Origin: an uncultured Chloroflexia bacterium
GTDB lineage: Bacteria; Chloroflexota; Dehalococcoidia; UBA2979
DNA: 64,000 bases
Direction: 5' to 3'
Assembly (NCBI GenBank): GCA_963728205.1
Contig: CAVSIV010000001.1
Coordinates: 320,001 to 384,000, forward strand
A program made the position numbers and the translations under genes. This document shows positions 59,025 through 64,000 of the stretch, piece after piece. The notes below the pieces were generated by a model. That model saw only the letters and a program-made list of their open reading frames with translations, did not search any database and was not told the origin of the DNA. Positions within the stretch are counted from its first letter, which is position 1. Each line of letters opens with the position of its first letter.

Positions 59025-60479
59025 TCAGCGCAGGAGGACGACCTCGGTCGCGTCGCCGCCGCCGGCACCGTCGCCGCCGATCAGCACCGCGCCACGCGAT
59101 GTCACGGCGAGCCCCGACACCCGGGCGAGCGGGAGCGCCGACCGGCGCACGACCGTCCCGCTGCGCGGGTCGAGCACCGCGATCTCCCGGCTGCCCGCGA
59201 CGAGCAGCCCGTCCGCGGTCAGCGCCGGCGGCGCGACCGCCGTCCCGGCGGGGAGCGTCCACCCGGCCGCGCCCGTCGCGAGGTCGAGCGCCGTGAGCGA
59301 ACCGTCGGCGCCGGGGACGAACGCGCTGGCGGTCGAGGCGGCGGGCAGCGGCCGCGTCGTGACGCCCACGGGCTGCGGCGACTCCAGCGGCGTGCCCCAG
59401 AGGTGGGGGAAGCGCGGCGGCCGGTGCGCCATGCCCCAGATGTACGCGTTCGCCCAGGCGCCGCGCAGCCCGTACCACCACGGCGTGCGCGACGACGGCT
59501 CGTAGGCCATCACCGCGTGCGGGGCGATCGCCACCACCAGCGCCGGCGTCGCGACCAGCGCGGTGACCTCGCGCAGCGGGTAGACGAACGTGCGGGCGCC
59601 GGTGCGGCGGTCGTAGAACTCGACCTGCCGGCTCGTGGCGAGCGCGATCACGTTCCCGGCGACGACGGGCTCCACCTGCATCCACCCGCCGCCGATGCCG
59701 GTCGACCAGAGGACGCGGCCGGTCGCGGCGTCGATGCCGGAGAGGTGGCCGAAGCTCGCCACGTACACGGTGCCGTCGAAGACGACCGGCGTCGCGTAGA
59801 CCGGCACGGCGACCTGCGCACGCCAGCGCTGGCGGCCGGTCGCGCGGTCGAGCGCGAACACCGCGCCGTTGCGCAGCGCGAGGTAGAGCGCGTCGCCGGC
59901 GACGGCCGGCGCGGAGTCGACGGGCGCCGGCAGCGCGAGGTCCCAGCGCACGGCGCCGTCGGCGAGCGCGAGCGCCGCAAGGCGGTCGTCCGCGCGGCCG
60001 ACGTAGACCGCATCGCCGTCGACGACGGGCGCGGTGGTGATGCTCGCGTCGAGATGCTGCCGCCAGGCGACGCTGTCGAGCGCGCCGGGCGCGGCGGTGG
60101 TGGCGCGTGTTGCGCCAAGGTCGCCGCCGGGCAGCGGCCAGGCGGCCGCGGATGCGGCCACCGAGAGCGTGCTCGACGGGCGCGGCAGCGTCGCGGCCGG
60201 GCGCAGGCGGGCGAACGCGAACCAGGCGACGGCCACGAGGACGAGCGTCGCGACCGCGGTGCGCCAGGGGTGGCGTCGCAGCGCGGCGCCGACCCGCCCG
60301 CCGCGGCGGCGGAGCGCGGCGCGGGGAGGGGTGGGGGCGGCGGGGGCGTCGGGTGCGGCCGGCGGCGCGGCCACGACCGGCACGTCGTCGAGACGGCGCA
60401 GGCACGTCGGACAGAGCGCGCGCGCGGCCGCGACCTCGCGGCCGCAGGTAGGGCAGTGCCGGATCGTGTCGCTGGCCAT
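59025..60479 (-). CDS. Membrane-anchored PQQ-like beta-propeller protein with N-terminal zinc ribbon
   Basis: CPTC..CPTC, TM helix, repeated ALDxxTGxxxW motifs. Confidence 0.8.
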   Translation of the reverse strand: MASDTIRHCPTCGREVAAARALCPTCLRRLDDVPVVAAPPAAPDAPAAPTPPRAALRRRGGRVGAALRRHPWRTAVATLVLVAVAWFAFARLRPAATLPRPSSTLSVAASAAAWPLPGGDLGATRATTAAPGALDSVAWRQHLDASITTAPVVDGDAVYVGRADDRLAALALADGAVRWDLALPAPVDSAPAVAGDALYLALRNGAVFALDRATGRQRWRAQVAVPVYATPVVFDGTVYVASFGHLSGIDAATGRVLWSTGIGGGWMQVEPVVAGNVIALATSRQVEFYDRRTGARTFVYPLREVTALVATPALVVAIAPHAVMAYEPSSRTPWWYGLRGAWANAYIWGMAHRPPRFPHLWGTPLESPQPVGVTTRPLPAASTASAFVPGADGSLTALDLATGAAGWTLPAGTAVAPPALTADGLLVAGSREIAVLDPRSGTVVRRSALPLARVSGLAVTSRGAVLIGGDGAGGGDATEVVLLR

Positions 60480-60725
60480 CACGGGCGTGTTCCCGGGGAG
60501 GTCGGCGGCCCGTGCCGCCGCTGGGGGGTGTGCCCACGATAACGTCCGTGGCGGTCGCGTGCGCCGGGTTCGCCCCACGGCAGCGGCGCCGCGCCCGGTA
60601 GTCGCAGAACGGCGGGCTGCGCCGCGTCCGACCGGCCCTACGTCGAGGGACGTTCGCCCGGTCTGTCCGAACCTGTCCCGCACCTACGCTGCATCGAACC
60701 CGGTGTGCACGTGGGAGGGTCGCCC

Positions 60726-62129
60726 GTGGACGCGCTCGCGCTGTCGCGGTGGCAATTCGGGATCACCACCGTCTACCACTTCCTCTTCGTCCCCATCACG
60801 ATCGGCCTCGGCTTCATCGTCGCCGGCTTCCAGACCGCCTGGGTGCGCACCGACGACCAGCGCTACCTCAAGCTCACCCGCTTCTACGGCGAGCTCTTCC
60901 TCATCAACTTCGCGCTCGGCGTGGTCACCGGCATCGTCCAGGAGTTCCAGTTCGGCATGAACTGGAGCGCCTACAGCCGCTTCGTCGGCGACATCTTCGG
61001 CGCGCCGCTGGCCATGGAGGGCCTGCTCGCGTTCTTCCTGGAGTCGACGTTCCTCGGGCTCTGGATCTTCGGGTGGGGGCGGCTGCCGAAGCGCATCCAC
61101 CTCGCGACGATCTGGGTCGCCGCCGTCGGCACGCTGCTGTCGGCGCTGTTCATCCTCGCGGCGAACTCGTGGATGCAGCACCCGGTCGGGTACGCCGTGA
61201 ACGCGACCGCCGGGCGCGCCGAGCTCAAGGACTTCGTCGCGGTCCTCACCAATTCGACCGTGCTCTTCATGTTCCCCCACACGATCTCGGCGGCGTTCCT
61301 CACGACCGGCGCGTTCGTTGCCGGCATCGCGCTGTGGCGGCTCGCGTTCCGCCCCGGCGCCGACGAGCAGGCCTTCCGCACGGCGGCGAAGGTCGGCGCG
61401 GTCACGGTGCTGGTCTCCGGCATCTTCGTCGCCATCACCGGCGACGCGCAGGCGCGCATCACGACGCAGCAACAGCCGATGAAGATGGCCGCGGCCGAGG
61501 CGCTCTACGAGACGAAGCAGCCCGCGTCGTTCTCGCTGTTCACGATCGGGCCGCTCGACGGCCACGACGAGGTCTTCTCGATCCGCGTGCCGCACCTGCT
61601 GTCGTTCCTCGCGACCGCGAACCCGAACGGCAAGGTCGAGGGCGTGAACGACCTGCAGGCGCAGTACGTCGCCGAGTACGGGCCGGGCAGCTACACGCCG
61701 TACATCCCGCTGACGTACTGGACCTTCCGCTGGATGATCGGCGTCGGCGTGCTCGCCGCGGGCGCGGCGGCGTGGCTCCTGTGGATGCTGCGACGCCCGC
61801 GCTTCCCCGTCGGTCCCGAGGCCGCGGCGGTCGGCATCGTGCTGCCGTTCCTGCCGCTGCTCGCGAACTCCTTCGGCTGGATCTTCACCGAGATGGGCCG
61901 CCAGCCGTGGCTCGTGTTCGGGCTGATGCGGACGTCGGCGGGCGTCTCGCCGAATGCGAACGCCGCGGTGGTGTTCACGTCGATGGTCGGCTTCACCGTC
62001 CTCTACGGCGTGCTGGCGGTCGTCGAGGTGGGGCTGCTCGTGCGGCGCATCCGCGCCGGCATCGCGGAGGAGCCCCCGCCGTCGACCGGCCCGGCGGCGC
62101 CCGACCGGCCGCTCCCGTTCGCCTACTAG
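60726..62129 (+). CDS. cydA: Cytochrome bd ubiquinol oxidase subunit I
   Basis: SRWQF...YHFLFVP, QEFQFGMNW, ANSWMQHP, QPMKMAAAE, TEMGRQPW. Confidence 0.96.
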   Translation: MDALALSRWQFGITTVYHFLFVPITIGLGFIVAGFQTAWVRTDDQRYLKLTRFYGELFLINFALGVVTGIVQEFQFGMNWSAYSRFVGDIFGAPLAMEGLLAFFLESTFLGLWIFGWGRLPKRIHLATIWVAAVGTLLSALFILAANSWMQHPVGYAVNATAGRAELKDFVAVLTNSTVLFMFPHTISAAFLTTGAFVAGIALWRLAFRPGADEQAFRTAAKVGAVTVLVSGIFVAITGDAQARITTQQQPMKMAAAEALYETKQPASFSLFTIGPLDGHDEVFSIRVPHLLSFLATANPNGKVEGVNDLQAQYVAEYGPGSYTPYIPLTYWTFRWMIGVGVLAAGAAAWLLWMLRRPRFPVGPEAAAVGIVLPFLPLLANSFGWIFTEMGRQPWLVFGLMRTSAGVSPNANAAVVFTSMVGFTVLYGVLAVVEVGLLVRRIRAGIAEEPPPSTGPAAPDRPLPFAY

Positions 62130-62156
62130 CGCGCTGAGCGGGGAGGAGACGCCACC

Positions 62157-63278
62157 GTGGAACTGACGACCGCCTGGTTCTGGCTGATCGCGATCCTCTG
62201 GATCGGCTACTTCGTGCTCGAGGGCTTCGACTTCGGCGTCGGCATCCTGCTGCCCGTGATCGCGCGCGGCGACCGCGAGCGGCGTGCGCTGATCAACACG
62301 ATCGGCCCGGTGTGGGACGGCAACGAGGTGTGGGTGCTCGTCGCCGGCGGCGCGACCTTCGCGGCGTTCCCCGAGTGGTATGCGACGCTCTTCAGCGGCT
62401 TCTACCTGCCGCTGTTCCTGATCCTCGTGGCGCTGATCGTGCGCGGCGTGGCGTTCGAGTTCCGCGGCAAGCGGCCCGACCCGGCATGGCGCGCGCGCTG
62501 GGATCTCGCGATCTTCCTCGGGTCGCTGGTGCCGGCCGTGTTGTGGGGCGTCGCCTTCGCAAACATCGTGCGCGGCGTCCCGATCGACGCGTCGCACGAG
62601 TACACCGGCGGCTTCTTCAACCTCCTCAACCCGTACGCGCTCCTCGGAGGCGCCGTCACGCTGATGCTCTTCGTCACCCACGGCGCGGTGTTCCTCGCGC
62701 TGAAGACGACGGGCGACCTGCGCACGCGCGCGAACGGGATCGCGCTGCGGGCGGGCGTGCTGGCGGCGGTCGTGGCGGTGGCGTTCCTCGCGTGGACGCA
62801 GGTGCTGCGCGGCAACGACGCGTCCCTCCTGCTCTCGATCGCGGCGGCGGCGCTGCTGGTGGCCGCGCTCGGCGCGAACCGGCTGGGGCGCGAGGGCTGG
62901 GCGTTCACCGCGAGCGCCACGACGATCGGGCTGGCGGTCGTCGCGCTCTTCGCGGCGCTGTTCCCCGAGGTCATGCCGTCGTCGACGAGCGCGGCGTTCA
63001 GCCTGACGACGACGAACGCATCGTCGACGCCGTACACGCTCAAGATCATGACCGTGGTGGCGGTCGTCTTCACGCCGCTCGTGCTGCTGTACCAGGGCTG
63101 GACGTACTGGGTCTTCCGCCGTCGCATCGGCGCGGAGTCGATTCCCGACGACGCGGCCGTGCCGGCGCACGACGTACAGCCGGGGCCGGGGGCGCCCGGC
63201 GCGGGCGGCCCCGGCTACGCGCGCGGCACGCGACGCCGGCGCGGCGAGGGCGCCGCGGAGGCGCACGGCGGGGACTGA
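62157..63278 (+). CDS. cydB: Cytochrome bd ubiquinol oxidase subunit II
   Basis: LEGFDFGVG, IGPVWDGNEVW, FAAFPEWYA. Confidence 0.96.
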   Translation: MELTTAWFWLIAILWIGYFVLEGFDFGVGILLPVIARGDRERRALINTIGPVWDGNEVWVLVAGGATFAAFPEWYATLFSGFYLPLFLILVALIVRGVAFEFRGKRPDPAWRARWDLAIFLGSLVPAVLWGVAFANIVRGVPIDASHEYTGGFFNLLNPYALLGGAVTLMLFVTHGAVFLALKTTGDLRTRANGIALRAGVLAAVVAVAFLAWTQVLRGNDASLLLSIAAAALLVAALGANRLGREGWAFTASATTIGLAVVALFAALFPEVMPSSTSAAFSLTTTNASSTPYTLKIMTVVAVVFTPLVLLYQGWTYWVFRRRIGAESIPDDAAVPAHDVQPGPGAPGAGGPGYARGTRRRRGEGAAEAHGGD

Positions 63279-64000
63279 TGCGACCGTTCGACCCGCGTCT
63301 CCTGCGCGCCGCGCGCGGCACCGCGGTGGTGCTCGTCGTCGCCGTCGCACTGGGCGCGGTGACCGCCGGGCTCGCGATCGCGCAGGCGGCGCTGCTCGCG
63401 CACGCGATCGCCTCCGCGTTCCAGGGTGGCGCGGGCGTGGGTGCGCTGCGCGGCACGCTCGTCGCGCTGGCCGCGGTGCTCGCGGCGCGCGCCGCCGTCG
63501 GGTGGGGGCGCGAGGCGGCCGCCTACCGCGCGTCGGCGTCGGTGAAGTCGACGCTGCGGCGGCGCCTGCTCGAGCGCACCGCGACGCTGGGGCCGCGCTG
63601 GTCGTCCGAGGCGCGCAGCGGTGAGGTGGTCGCGCTGGCGACGCGCGGCCTCGACGCGCTCGACGGCTACTTCGCGCGCGTCCTGCCGCAGCTGGCGCTC
63701 GCGGCGATCGTGCCGGTCGCCGTCGTCGTGGCGCTCGCCACCGCGGATCTGCTCGCCGCCGCGACCGTCGCGCTCACCGTCCCGCTCATCCCGCTGTTCA
63801 TGGCGCTCGTCGGGCGGGCCAGCGCCGACCGCAACCGCGCGCGCTGGGACGCGCTGGCGCGGCTCGCGCACTACTTCGTCGACGTCGTGACCGGCTTGCC
63901 GACGCTCAAGGTGTTCGGGCGCTCGCGCGCGCAGGTCGACGCGCTGCGGCGCGTCACCGACGACTACCGCCGCGAGACCCTCGCGACGCTGCGCGTGGCC
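63278..64000 (+). CDS. cydD: Thiol reductant ABC exporter subunit CydD (partial)
   Basis: Manual translation MRPFDPRLL..ATRGLDALDGYFARVLPQL..LIPLFM..GLPTLKVFGR; follows cydB. Confidence 0.88.
   Translation, partial: MRPFDPRLLRAARGTAVVLVVAVALGAVTAGLAIAQAALLAHAIASAFQGGAGVGALRGTLVALAAVLAARAAVGWGREAAAYRASASVKSTLRRRLLERTATLGPRWSSEARSGEVVALATRGLDALDGYFARVLPQLALAAIVPVAVVVALATADLLAAATVALTVPLIPLFMALVGRASADRNRARWDALARLAHYFVDVVTGLPTLKVFGRSRAQVDALRRVTDDYRRETLATLRVA

Overview
High-GC bacterial chromosome segment, most consistent with Chloroflexota/Dehalococcoidia (short IF-2, short EF-Ts, DUF5679 protein, Tat-exported family-5 solute-binding protein); the taxonomy is inference. The left half holds the conserved minus-strand cluster rpsB-tsf-frr-uppS-cdsA-dxr-rseP-ispG-proS-nusA-ylxR-infB-rbfA-truB. 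It lacks pyrH and rimP and is interrupted by three insertions. It is preceded by an inositol-lipid locus (ino1, two acyltransferases, a PHP protein). The insertion between nusA and proS (11.5-15.8 kb) looks like a minimal RiPP/bacteriocin system: LuxR HTH, 87-aa leader/core peptide, ABC exporter, RRE(PqqD)-M50 protease fusion and two small membrane proteins, with no side-chain-modifying enzyme. The right half is accessory. It contains three genes split by in-frame TGA codons, each in a Cys motif and followed by a SECIS-like hairpin (predicted selenoproteins). It also has a yybP-ykoY riboswitch with terC, a copper island (CsoR-type operator, YHS, SHOCT, CopA, cupredoxin, PCYCGC lipoprotein, Cys-Sec DUF1573-like protein), tRNA-Ser(TGA) and cydAB-cydD. 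Three frameshifted genes are each repaired by the same edit (GATTC to GATC), suggesting a methylation-linked base-calling artefact. Several REP/MITE-like repeat families and a 64-bp tandem array are present. All product calls come from motif recognition by eye, with no database search.
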